Shown: positions 28,009 through 38,000, counted from the stretch's first letter. The stretch: DNA of 38,192 nucleotides from Candidatus Heimdallarchaeota archaeon (GCA_018238545.1 JABCTC010000034.1:1-38192); one strand, 5' to 3'. The notes: generated from the sequence alone by a model not told the origin. Numbers and translations: made by a program.

Positions 28009-28506
28009 ATGTCAACACTAACACTTAAAGGTACACCCTATCCGAAACAAATAGATTTTTTTATGAAGCGTAACAAGTTTGTAGCTTACGGGGGTTCCAG
28101 GGGTGGAGGTAAGAGTTGGGCAGGTAGAAGAAAAGGGTTGTTACTGGCCCTTAATCAAGATTATGCCGGTATGCAGATACTGTTATTGCGTAGAAGATAC
28201 AATGATGTATACGAGAATCATATCTTCCCACTGTCTTTAGAACTCAACAGATTTGTAAGTTACAATCAAAAAACCAAATCTTTCGACTTTCCATGGGGAT
28301 CACGAATAATATTCGGATATTGCGACCATGAGAAAGATGTGCTCCAGTATCAAGGTAAGGCTTATGACTGCATAATTTTAGAAGAAGCTACACAATTTAC
28401 GCAGTTTATGATAGAGTCGCTGATGATGTGTTTACGACCATCAGGACTTATGAAAAGTTATCTAAACTGGAGTCCTAGAATGTATTTCACGATGAACCCC
28501 GGGGGT
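28009..28506 (+). CDS. terL: Terminase large subunit, exon 1 (ATPase part)
   Basis: Walker A YGGSRGGGKS, Walker B ILEEAT; ends ..TMNPGG at the intron 5' splice site. Confidence 0.92.
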
Positions 28507-28524
28507 GAATAAGTATAGATATTG

Positions 28525-28533
28525 TGGTATAAT
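28525..28533 (+). promoter_or_regulatory. Intron-internal extended -10 promoter for the endonuclease gene
   Basis: TGGTATAAT followed by a GAGGTG RBS and ATG 28551. Confidence 0.6.
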
Positions 28534-28550
28534 ATAGTTGAGGTGATATT

Positions 28551-29147
28551 ATGAAAGGCTCAATTTATATTATAAGAAATACGATTAACGATAAAATTTA
28601 TTATGGTCAAACAAAGCGAAAATTAAAAATAAGGTTGAGGGAACACAAAAGCAGAGCAAATACTAAATCTAAAGATTATCTATTATATGAGGAAATGAAT
28701 AAAATAGGAATTAATAACTTTTATATAGAATTAGTCGAAGAAGTAGATCATGGCGAATTAGAAAAAATCGAAAGTAAATATATTAGAAGTTACATTGATA
28801 AAACTAAATTGTTAAATGTTAGATACGGGTTATCATATGAGTTGATAAGCAGAATAATTGTTCTCTATAAAAAAGGCAATACAATAAAAAATATATCGGC
28901 TAAATATCATATGTGTAAAAAAACAGTGTCAAAACTATTAAAAGAAAACAACGTCGTGATTACCGATTGGAACGAAAAACAAAAGATAAAATTCGATTTA
29001 GAAGAAGTAAAAAATATGTATTATCAGAAAAATATGACAGCAGATGAAATAGCTAAAAAATATAATACATCTGATGTTACTGTTGCTAAATATATGAGAA
29101 AAAACAACCTTGAATTAAGGCCAGCGATTAATCGTAAGTATCTATAA
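28551..29147 (+). CDS. Intron-encoded GIY-YIG homing endonuclease with C-terminal HTH repeats
   Basis: GSIYIIRNTINDKIYYGQT..RLREH..E..N GIY-YIG pattern; two HTH-like segments. Confidence 0.9.
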   Translation: MKGSIYIIRNTINDKIYYGQTKRKLKIRLREHKSRANTKSKDYLLYEEMNKIGINNFYIELVEEVDHGELEKIESKYIRSYIDKTKLLNVRYGLSYELISRIIVLYKKGNTIKNISAKYHMCKKTVSKLLKENNVVITDWNEKQKIKFDLEEVKNMYYQKNMTADEIAKKYNTSDVTVAKYMRKNNLELRPAINRKYL

Positions 29148-29384
29148 CGCCCTCTCTTATGGAAACATAAGAGTAATCAAATTGCGGAATTAAGCGGGAA
29201 GGCTAAGGGAAACTAAGCTAATCCGAACCGAAGGTTACACTAAGTGTAGTCAGGGGCAGAGCATAGACGATGAAAAGATATAATTCGTCCAAGAGTCCGC
29301 AACACCGTATAGGTGAAAAGATATGCCGAACTTATAGGAAACTATAAGAAGTAGAGGATAAAAAGCCTTTACGATAACAATTTG

Positions 29385-30293
29385 GTGGGTCACGCATACA
29401 TGAAAAGACTCTTTATAGATAAAGATTATCAAAGAAAAGAGAAACCTGAGAACTATTCATTTGTACCATCAACGGTGTTTGAAAACGATTTCATTATGGA
29501 GAACGATCCTACTTATGTCGAAGTGCTTGAGAACCTTCCTGAAAATAGAAGGAAAGCAATGCTTTACGGTGATTGGGACGTTTACGAAGGGCAATTCTTC
29601 ACAGATTGGCGAAATAATTCAGAGGGTTACATCGATAGAAGATATACCCACGTTGTAACACCATTCACAATTCCCGATAGTTGGACTAGATATAGAGTGA
29701 TGGATTGGGGTTACGCTAAACCATTCAGTGTTGGGTGGTATGCAGTTAACGAAGATGACCAAGCATTTCGTTATGCTAGGTGGTATGGTTGCACTGGTGA
29801 ACCTGATGTGGGACTTAGAATGACACCTGAACAAGTGGCGATGGGGATCAAAGAATATGAGGACGAGTACGAGAAAGGTCGCTATATCCACGGAGTGGCT
29901 GATCCAGCTGTATTTGCAACGGACACAGGAAAGTCGGTAGCAGAAACATTTCAGGAATGTGGGATATACTTCGAGCCAGCAGATAATTCGAGACTCACTG
30001 GGTGGAACCAAATGCGAGAAAGAATGAAGTTTGATAGCGAAGGTAGGGCTATGCTATATACATTTAGTGATGATAAGCATTTTATCAGGACTATACCAAG
30101 TTTATTACATGATGAAACTAAGGTAGAGGACCTAGACACTACACAAGAGGACCATATAGCCGATGAATGTCGCTATTTTTGTATGGCTAGACCAATTAAA
30201 GCAAGAATAGTTAGACCAACTAAACCAAAGATATACAATCCTTTGGAAACCGAACAAAAGATTAAACCGGGATTGGGATTTTTAAGACTATAG
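29385..30293 (+). CDS. terL: Terminase large subunit, exon 2 (nuclease part)
   Basis: VGHAYMKRLF, LYGDWD, MDWGYAKPFS, VADPA and EDHIADECRY motifs; spliced product would be 468 aa. Confidence 0.92.
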   Translation: MGHAYMKRLFIDKDYQRKEKPENYSFVPSTVFENDFIMENDPTYVEVLENLPENRRKAMLYGDWDVYEGQFFTDWRNNSEGYIDRRYTHVVTPFTIPDSWTRYRVMDWGYAKPFSVGWYAVNEDDQAFRYARWYGCTGEPDVGLRMTPEQVAMGIKEYEDEYEKGRYIHGVADPAVFATDTGKSVAETFQECGIYFEPADNSRLTGWNQMRERMKFDSEGRAMLYTFSDDKHFIRTIPSLLHDETKVEDLDTTQEDHIADECRYFCMARPIKARIVRPTKPKIYNPLETEQKIKPGLGFLRL

Positions 30294-30308
30294 ATAGGAG
30301 GTGTTTTT

Positions 30309-32093
30309 ATGAAATTCAATGCTTTAGGAAAGAAGGTGAATATCACGATGGAGAACAACACAGAATCATTGTTTGGAGAATCGTCCGAACAAAAGAAAAT
30401 CATTTTAGAATCAGTGACTTTACTGAACAAGTATAAAGCTGGGAAAAAGAACCTAGAGGACAAACTTGTTGAGAACGAACAATGGTATAAGTCGCTACAC
30501 TGGGACTACATAAGAAATACCAAGTACGAGAACGACCCTGAACCAGTTACAGCTTATCTTTTCAGTACATTGGCAAACAAACACGCCGATGCAATGGACG
30601 TGTACCCAGGGGCAAACATACTCCCTAGAGAACAAGACGATGTAGAACTTGCTGATGTGTTATCCAAGATCATACCGTTAGAACTCGAATACAACGACTT
30701 CCACGATGTATGGAATCATCACTGGTGGGAAAAATTAAAGCATGGTTGTAGTATTGTAGGGGTCCACTATGATGCTGACGGTGGTAACGAGTTAGGTAGT
30801 GCTGTTATTAAAAATGTTGATGCTATGAGTATCTATTGGGAACCAGGGATAACAGATATTCAAGAGTCGGCAAATGTTTTTGTTGTTAAACTCGTCAGCA
30901 GAGATAGATTCGCTATGGAATATCCCGAAGCGGACCTAAAGAAAGCCGATAAATTGTTTGAACCTAAGAAATACATCACCGACGATACAGTAGATACAGC
31001 AGATTCGGTTTTAATAGTTGATAGATATAAAAAGATAGATGGCAAACTCCACCTATTAACATTTTGTGGAGAGAATTATTTAGAGAATACAGAGGACGAT
31101 GAAGAAAGTAACGGACTGTATGACCACGGTCAATACCCTTTCGTGTTTGATACTTTATTCCCTGAAAAAGATAGTCTTCATGGATTTGGTTATATCGATA
31201 TATTAAAGAATCCTCAAATATATGTCGATAAATTGGATCAAATCATATCTGTTAATGCTTTTACTACTGGTAGAAACAGATATTTAACTAAAGCCGATGG
31301 TTCTCTCAATGAAGAAGAACTACTTGATGTATCTAAAACATTAATTCATACAAAGGGTGGACTTGACGAAAGTAATGTCAGAGAATTCAAACAACAAGCT
31401 ATCGATCCTAGTGTATTCAAGCATAGAGATTCTAAGATTCAGGAACTGAAAGAGATTTCAGGGGCGAACGAATTTTCACGTGGTGAAGCCGGTGGTGGAG
31501 TTACAGCTGCAAGTGCTATTGCTATGATGCAACAGGCGTCAAATAAAATGTCTAGAGATATGATTTCCACAACTTATTCAAAGTTTAGCCAAGTAATTTA
31601 CTTGCAAATGGAGATAATTGCACAGTTTTATGATGTTGCTAGACCTTATAGAGTGGGCGAAGGAAATAAAAAAGAGTTTGTTACATTCAGCAACGAAGGA
31701 ATGGGCAATCAAGAGTTACCTCTTATAGAGGGCGTTGAACAGCAATATAGAAAACCTATATTTGATATTAAGGTAGTGCCTGAAAAACTATCACCGTTCA
31801 ATCAGATAGCTCATAACGAGTTGGCGAAAGAACTGTATAAACTAGGTATGTTTAACCCTGAACAAGCTATGGCATCTCTCACAGCTCTTAATATGATGAC
31901 GTTCGAGGGTAAAGAAGCAATCATCAAGAAGATAGAAGAAAATGCGCAGTTTATGCAACAACTTCAGATGATACCCCAACTTATGCAAGAGAACGAAAAA
32001 CTCAAAACAATCATACAAGGAACTACAGGACAAGACATGGGAATAGACATGGAGGCGATTGTTAATGGTCAAGGTGGAAATACACAAGGGTAA
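30309..32093 (+). CDS. Portal protein
   Basis: 594 aa directly after terL; YPFV, GVTAASAI and C-terminal Gln-rich helix typical of podovirus-like portals. Confidence 0.85.
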   Translation: MKFNALGKKVNITMENNTESLFGESSEQKKIILESVTLLNKYKAGKKNLEDKLVENEQWYKSLHWDYIRNTKYENDPEPVTAYLFSTLANKHADAMDVYPGANILPREQDDVELADVLSKIIPLELEYNDFHDVWNHHWWEKLKHGCSIVGVHYDADGGNELGSAVIKNVDAMSIYWEPGITDIQESANVFVVKLVSRDRFAMEYPEADLKKADKLFEPKKYITDDTVDTADSVLIVDRYKKIDGKLHLLTFCGENYLENTEDDEESNGLYDHGQYPFVFDTLFPEKDSLHGFGYIDILKNPQIYVDKLDQIISVNAFTTGRNRYLTKADGSLNEEELLDVSKTLIHTKGGLDESNVREFKQQAIDPSVFKHRDSKIQELKEISGANEFSRGEAGGGVTAASAIAMMQQASNKMSRDMISTTYSKFSQVIYLQMEIIAQFYDVARPYRVGEGNKKEFVTFSNEGMGNQELPLIEGVEQQYRKPIFDIKVVPEKLSPFNQIAHNELAKELYKLGMFNPEQAMASLTALNMMTFEGKEAIIKKIEENAQFMQQLQMIPQLMQENEKLKTIIQGTTGQDMGIDMEAIVNGQGGNTQG

Positions 32094-32379
32094 CTATGGA
32101 TATATAGAGATAACAGCTAAAAATCATGCAACAGACCCTATAGTATGTGCTTCAGTTAGCGCAATAATGTGGGGGTTAGCTGGAACGCTCTTGAACTTAG
32201 AACCAAAACCTGACATCAAAGAAATGATTTTGAATGATGGCAATTTTAAAATCGAAGTAAATCCGTTTGTTAATGGAGGTGATCAAAAATCTATCGATAC
32301 ATCATTCCTTTTCGCAGATGTATCCCTTAGCCAAATAGCGAAAAAGTACCCACAAGATATAGAGGTTGGATTCAAATAA
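32059..32379 (+). CDS. Prp-family (ribosomal-processing) cysteine protease, phage-encoded prohead maturation protease
   Basis: NHA..IVCASVSA His/Cys dyad pattern; C-terminal LSQIAKKYP; located between portal and scaffold. Confidence 0.8.
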   Translation: MLMVKVEIHKGNYGYIEITAKNHATDPIVCASVSAIMWGLAGTLLNLEPKPDIKEMILNDGNFKIEVNPFVNGGDQKSIDTSFLFADVSLSQIAKKYPQDIEVGFK

Positions 32380-32389
32380 CGCACATATG

Positions 32390-32418
32390 TTGTGTATATT
32401 GTAAAAGTTTAGTATAAT
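32390..32418 (+). promoter_or_regulatory. Promoter for scaffold/capsid operon
   Basis: TTGTGT-17 nt-TATAAT in a ~150-nt intergenic region. Confidence 0.6.
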
Positions 32419-32432
32419 ATTAATATAAAAAC

Positions 32433-32514
32433 AGATACATAAAGTATCTCGAAATAACTCGTAGGAGTTGACTCATAGGAAAGACTATAGAATGACTCGT
32501 AGGAAAGACTACAG
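32433..32514 (+). promoter_or_regulatory. Structured 5' leader with tandem hairpin repeats
   Basis: TGACTC-ATAG-GAAAGA-CTAT-AG and TGACTC-GTAG-GAAAGA-CTAC-AG, plus two upstream hairpins, abutting the RBS. Confidence 0.65.
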
Positions 32515-32530
32515 GTAAGGAGGTAAAATT

Positions 32531-33403
32531 ATGAATAAATATGTACTGCTTGATATAAACCTAGCATCTTTTGAAGGCGAAGGTGAAGAATCAGGAACAG
32601 CTGAAAACAGTAGTGTCGCTACTACAAGTACAGAAGAAGTGGTGTATGGCAAAGTTGATGAAACCAAAGTAGAGACTGGTGAAGAAACTACAGAGACTAC
32701 CAAAGGTGCAGAAACAGACCCCAACACTAAATTTGAAGAACTTATCAAAGGCGAGTACAAAGATGCTTTTGATAAACGTATGCAAGGAATCTTAGATAAG
32801 CGATTTAAGAACTCGAAGCAAACCGAAAGCGAACTCGGGGAAATTAAACCCGTTATCGAAATGCTCATGGAACGTTACGATGTAAAATCAGCTAAGGACC
32901 TATTCGAGAAAGTCGAGAAAGAAAGTATCGAAGAACTTGCTTATAAAAAGAATTTGACACCGGAACAATACAAAGAAAATAGAGAACTAGAAAGAAAAGC
33001 TAATCTGTATGACAAAAACATAACCCAACAAGAAGAGAAAGACATTCTTCAACAAAAGGTTGCCACTTGGTATAAACAAGCAGATGAAATGAAGGAAACT
33101 TATCCCGATTTCAATTTGCAAGATTGGTCTGATAATAAAGAGTTTTTAAATCTTCTTCATGCTAATGTTCCTGTTAAACAAGCGTACGAACTGTTGGACT
33201 TGGATAAAATCAAAGCCAATCTAGCGAGTAGCGTTAAGGAAAACACCGTGAAGGATATTCAAGCTAACAAAAACAGACCATCTGAAGTAGCTACCAAACA
33301 AGGCAAGGGTGTAGTTGTTAAATCAGATGTAAAATCACTTACTAAAGCAGATCGTGAGGAAATAGCGAAAAGATCGCTTAGGGGTGAGAAGATTTCTTTC
33401 TAG
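32531..33403 (+). CDS. Capsid scaffolding protein
   Basis: Acidic N-terminus, FEELIKGEYKDAF, YPDFNL, RPSE, and LRGEKISF C-terminus; directly upstream of the capsid gene. Confidence 0.85.
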   Translation: MNKYVLLDINLASFEGEGEESGTAENSSVATTSTEEVVYGKVDETKVETGEETTETTKGAETDPNTKFEELIKGEYKDAFDKRMQGILDKRFKNSKQTESELGEIKPVIEMLMERYDVKSAKDLFEKVEKESIEELAYKKNLTPEQYKENRELERKANLYDKNITQQEEKDILQQKVATWYKQADEMKETYPDFNLQDWSDNKEFLNLLHANVPVKQAYELLDLDKIKANLASSVKENTVKDIQANKNRPSEVATKQGKGVVVKSDVKSLTKADREEIAKRSLRGEKISF

Positions 33404-33424
33404 TCAATTAGAGAGGAGAAACAT

Positions 33425-34663
33425 ATGAGAGATTATTTTAAGAAATTATTAGATATTAGTTTAAGTTCGTTCGTAGTAACTCAAACAACTCTTTTAGGAG
33501 ATTTGTCCGATGAAATGAAAACGTATTACTCAGATTACATGATAGATGCTGCAGTTCCACTTTTAGTGCATGACCAATGGGCGCAGAAACACCCAATCCC
33601 TAAAAATGGTGGTAAAATCATAGAGTTTAGAAAGTATTCACCACTTGCTAAGGCTTTGACAGCTTTAACAGAGGGAGTTACACCAGCTGGTAACAGTTTA
33701 TCAATGAGTGTAATCAATGCAACCATCAAACAATACGGTGATTTCATTGAGTTATCTGACTTACTTTTATTAACTGCAATCGACAACAACTTGGTAATGG
33801 CTTCTAAACTATTGGGGAATCAATCAGGTGAAACATTAGATACAGTTTCTAGAGAAGTTATGAATGGCGGAACAAACGTTCAATATGGTGATGCAGATGT
33901 AGTTTCAAGATATTTATTAGTTGGCGGAGAGTCAACAGGTAATCATTATCTTGATGTAAACACTATCAGACGCGCTGTAAGAACTATGAAGAAGAATAAA
34001 GCTAAGAAAATCAATGGTGACTATGTTGCGATTATCAATCAAGATGCCGCATACGATCTTATGGGAGATTCTAAGTGGGAAGATTTCCACAAATACGCTG
34101 AACCTAGCGAATTGTATTCAGGTGAAATTGGTAGAATTCATGGTGTTAGATTTGTTGAAACAACTGAAGCTAAAATCTTTTATGCTGAAGATTTAGTTGA
34201 TGCCGCTAGGACTCTTACAGTTGCATCGTGTACTGCTAAAGTAGTTACTGTTGATGAAACTTTAACAGCTGCCGACCAACTTGCAATAGTAGGAAGATAT
34301 GTAATTATCGATGGCGAGAAACACTTAATTGCTTCTGCTGCTGCAAATACTATTACAGTAACAGATACTCCAACAGAAGTCCCAGTTGATGGCGATATTG
34401 TTTATCCTGGAGAAGCTGGTGCGAAAGGTAGAACTGTTTATTCAACACTTATCTTAGGTGCTGATGCTTACGGTACTACAGAAGTTGCAGGTGGAGGACT
34501 AGAGTTTATTGTTAAACAATTAGGTTCTGCCGGCAGTTCAGATGCCTTGAATCAAAGAGCAACATCGGGGTGGAAAGCTACGAAAGTTACTGAATTGTTA
34601 GTAGATACTTATCTGTTGAGAATTGAGAACACTACTACTTTCAACGACGAAGAAGCTAACTAG
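33425..34663 (+). CDS. Major capsid protein (N4-gp56 family)
   Basis: LS.EMKTYY, PIPKNGGKIIEFRKY, LTEGVTP, QYGDF, GEIGRIHGVRFVET, DALNQRATSGWK. Confidence 0.93.
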   Translation: MRDYFKKLLDISLSSFVVTQTTLLGDLSDEMKTYYSDYMIDAAVPLLVHDQWAQKHPIPKNGGKIIEFRKYSPLAKALTALTEGVTPAGNSLSMSVINATIKQYGDFIELSDLLLLTAIDNNLVMASKLLGNQSGETLDTVSREVMNGGTNVQYGDADVVSRYLLVGGESTGNHYLDVNTIRRAVRTMKKNKAKKINGDYVAIINQDAAYDLMGDSKWEDFHKYAEPSELYSGEIGRIHGVRFVETTEAKIFYAEDLVDAARTLTVASCTAKVVTVDETLTAADQLAIVGRYVIIDGEKHLIASAAANTITVTDTPTEVPVDGDIVYPGEAGAKGRTVYSTLILGADAYGTTEVAGGGLEFIVKQLGSAGSSDALNQRATSGWKATKVTELLVDTYLLRIENTTTFNDEEAN

Positions 34664-34687
34664 AATTTAAAAAAAGGAGGGTAAATA

Positions 34688-34975
34688 ATGGCTGAAGCCA
34701 AAACTAAACCTAAAAACAAGAAAGTTAATCAAGAAAAGTTTTTAAACGAAAGAATATCTTTTATAGCTATGAAAGACAACGACAAATATAAAGACGACAT
34801 AATCGTGACTATAAACGGTACTAATTGGCAGATACAAAGAGGTAAGAAAGTTATGATACCTCGATTCGTGTACTTCGCCATAGAAGATGCGGAAAGGCAA
34901 AAAATGCATGCCGCTGATGTTTCAGAGGGATTCGAGAAGCAATACAGAGGTCATGTAAGTTCAAACATGATGTAA
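34688..34975 (+). CDS. Small conserved virion-associated protein
   Basis: VTINGTNWQIQRGKKVMIP motif; typical of genes following N4-gp56 capsids. Confidence 0.6.
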   Translation: MAEAKTKPKNKKVNQEKFLNERISFIAMKDNDKYKDDIIVTINGTNWQIQRGKKVMIPRFVYFAIEDAERQKMHAADVSEGFEKQYRGHVSSNMM

Positions 34976-34979
34976 AACA

Positions 34980-35012
34980 AGAGGGTAGTAGCTTAGGCTT
35001 CTATCCTTTTTT
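34980..35012 (+). terminator. Rho-independent terminator after the capsid operon
   Basis: AGAGGGTAG..CTATCCTTT stem with a T tract. Confidence 0.7.
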
Positions 35013-35032
35013 ACTAGAAAGAAGGTGAATAG

Positions 35033-38000
35033 ATGGTTATAAATAAAAATGAATGGCGAGTTGCTATAGATGTTAAAAAAAGAGATAGTAAACCTTCGCT
35101 TGTTTTTGTGCAACAAGACATCAACGCAAACCAACTAAATATACAACTATTCGACAACGGTAAAGTTTTAGATATATCAACAGCCAACAGTGCGACTATA
35201 ACAATCCTGAAATCAGATAGTTTAGTAGTTCAAGCGGCGGCAACAATAGAAGATGCAACGAATGGTAAGTTGTCTTATATACTATCAGCTCAAGCATTGG
35301 GTGCTTTAGGCAACACGAGAGCGACAATAGAGTTGTACGGTGATGATTCAGTTAGGATCACAAGCGCTATATTTAACTATGTAGTGATTGCAGCACTTGA
35401 TGATTTAGGTTCTAGCGAAATAATATCAGAAGCTGAATACGCTATTCTAACTACTTTAATAACAGAAATTAATAACTTTAACCATAAGGGTGAATATGTT
35501 GCGGAAACACAATACTACGAAAAGAATGTAGTAAGCTATCTAGGTTCGTCTTATATGGCTACACAAGACACTTTAGGTAATCTACCTACTAATGTGACCT
35601 ATTGGCAACTGACGGCTTCTAAGGGTGATCCGAGTGATATGACAAAAGCTGTATACGACCCTACAAATGTTAGTTCCGATGCTTTCGACATGGGCAATAT
35701 GGTAGAGTCATCAACTAAAAAAGTACTAACAGATGTAGAACGAGACAAAATAGGGAAATACTTGTCATCAGGAGTGGTTGTAGAACCTTCTAAAACAGAC
35801 CTCGGAACCGGTAGTGTCACTATAGGTGCAGGTACTTACAGATTCTTTCCATCAACAGATTTCACAGGTTCAATAGTTCAACGTGAAATAACCGGTGATA
35901 CATTCATTTTAACTGATGGTGATATTAATTATGTAGTGGCTAAATATAATTCAGGTATACCTACTGTAGAGGTTACTTTAGATGTGAACGATATTAACAC
36001 AAGTGATGTTTTACCTGTTTTGACTATAGCAAGAGATGGAAACGATTTAGTTATCTTAGACTGGAACACGGCAGCAAACGGACTATCAAATAAACTACAA
36101 GACAGACTTGTTAAAATACACAGATTTGAAATAGAATCAGGATTATCAATAAGTGCTTCACTTTTAAAACTATTGTCGACAACTGGTGTTGTATGGTATG
36201 GTTCTAAAAAAATAACTTTAGATGCGGTTAACACAGCATTAGCAGAAAATGATATATATTTGTTCGAGAACACAAATGGAACATGGACTAAAACTGTAGT
36301 AGATGATATAGATAATTTACAATACAATGATCCAGTTACCGGTTTTCAAACGCTCACATCAAACAGATATAGCGTTAGTTGGGTATTTAGAACTGTAGAC
36401 GATTCTAAAAAAAGATTCGGTATCATTTTAGGCAATGGGGATTATACACTAAGTCAGGCTCAAAGTTCTTACATGCCTGTAATTCCTAATAAAATGGCTG
36501 CTATGGGTGTATTTGTTGGTAGAATTATAATCAAGAAGGGCGCTACGAGTCCATACAGTGTTGAACAAGTTCAATCCGTTTCATTAGCCTACACACAAGT
36601 TTCGGATCATAATAATTTGACAGGACTACAAGGTGGACAAGCAGACCAATATTATCATTTAACCAGTGCAGAAAAGACTAAGGTTGAACAAATATCAGTT
36701 ACACAACCAGTAGACCTCGACGATATGGAAACAGATATAGACAGTATTAAAAACGCATCACGCTCCTCAATCCAAACATCACAAAAACCAGTTGACACAT
36801 TCCCTACTGGAACACTTGATGGCAAGGTGCTTAGTGTGATTGGTGGGCAGAGTATTGCTAATAGTGTTGCGAATAATGGGTTTACATTAGATTCAAATGT
36901 TGATGGTTTAGCTGATAACTTAACTGTTGGTGCAAACATAACAGTTTATTCGTGGGTGAGCGGTGCGCAGACTATATCACTTGACTACGCTAATGCGTCA
37001 ATAGATAATCATGTCGCTTTTGACAATGCGATTTTTGACGATACCGAAATTGACGATACAGGTGAGTGGTTCTTTGTAATTGATGTTAAAAATAATGAAA
37101 TTGATGCACAACAATTCACATTAAACAGAGGGTATTATATATTCAAGACAGAAACTATTCAGCCATCTGAAAGAAAGTATGTATTGTATAAAGGGACTAT
37201 GCCAAATGCGGGGGGGGGTGGAAGTCGAACTAAATTAGTAATCGGCACAATCATATCATCTCAAAAATCATTTACAATATATAATGTCCACGCAATCAAT
37301 ATGACTCAATACGGTTTAACCTCTAAAACAGAAGCAGAAATGCTAGACATAGTCAGACAACTTGATGCAGGAACAGACCTACAACACTCCACTCTTGATG
37401 TGGAAACGGTGACTAAGAATTTGTTTGATAAAACTGTAAGAACATTAAATAAATATATTGATAAAGATGATGGAACGTTAAAGCCTAGTACAATAGCTGA
37501 TGTTTCTGATTGGATAAAAGTATCGGCAGGCTCAACTATATTCATCAACAATTCAATAGGGTATTGTACTTTTAATAACGATAAGCAATATCTTAATGGG
37601 GTGTATTCATTAGGGGCGGTCAGCATAGTTGAAAATGGTTACGTGAGATATGCAGTGAATAAAACTAATGTAGATAGTTCACAACTTGAGAATGGTTCGT
37701 CATTTACATTCTACAAACCATTCAACAACAATCTATTCCAACCACAGATAACATTAAGAAGTCTACCTAACTTAGTTAGAGACTACCTAAAGAACGCAAC
37801 ACTTGATGGTGGAGTTTACAAACCATTGAAAAGTTGGGAACACGAGCAGAATGTTAGCACTCCAGAAGCGGTGGTCGGAGTTGTAGCAATAAATGTTACT
37901 AATTATCCTCTTGCTAAAACTGGTGGAACGTGGATAAATGATATAACTGGTGGTGGAGTAGAAAATGGAATAATCGGAACAGACTCAACAAGTGCAAGTG

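Larger units (their letters stand above)
28507..29384 (+). mobile_element. Group I (IA-like) self-splicing intron in terL
   Basis: Exon ends in U and the intron ends in G; splicing restores NPGG|VGH. IGS GCCCTC 29149-54; P3 TTGCGGA/TCCGCAA; P7 GAGCATA/TATGCC; P7.1, P8, P9 and P9.1 hairpins. Confidence 0.92.

Noticed and set aside
28009-30293. terL pseudogene, intein or stop-codon recoding
   Set aside because: A complete group I core with correct U/G splice boundaries explains the interruption, and the other genes read normally in code 11.
32455-32514. Mini-CRISPR array
   Set aside because: The repeats are 22 nt with 2-nt gaps, so there are no spacers, and there are no cas genes.
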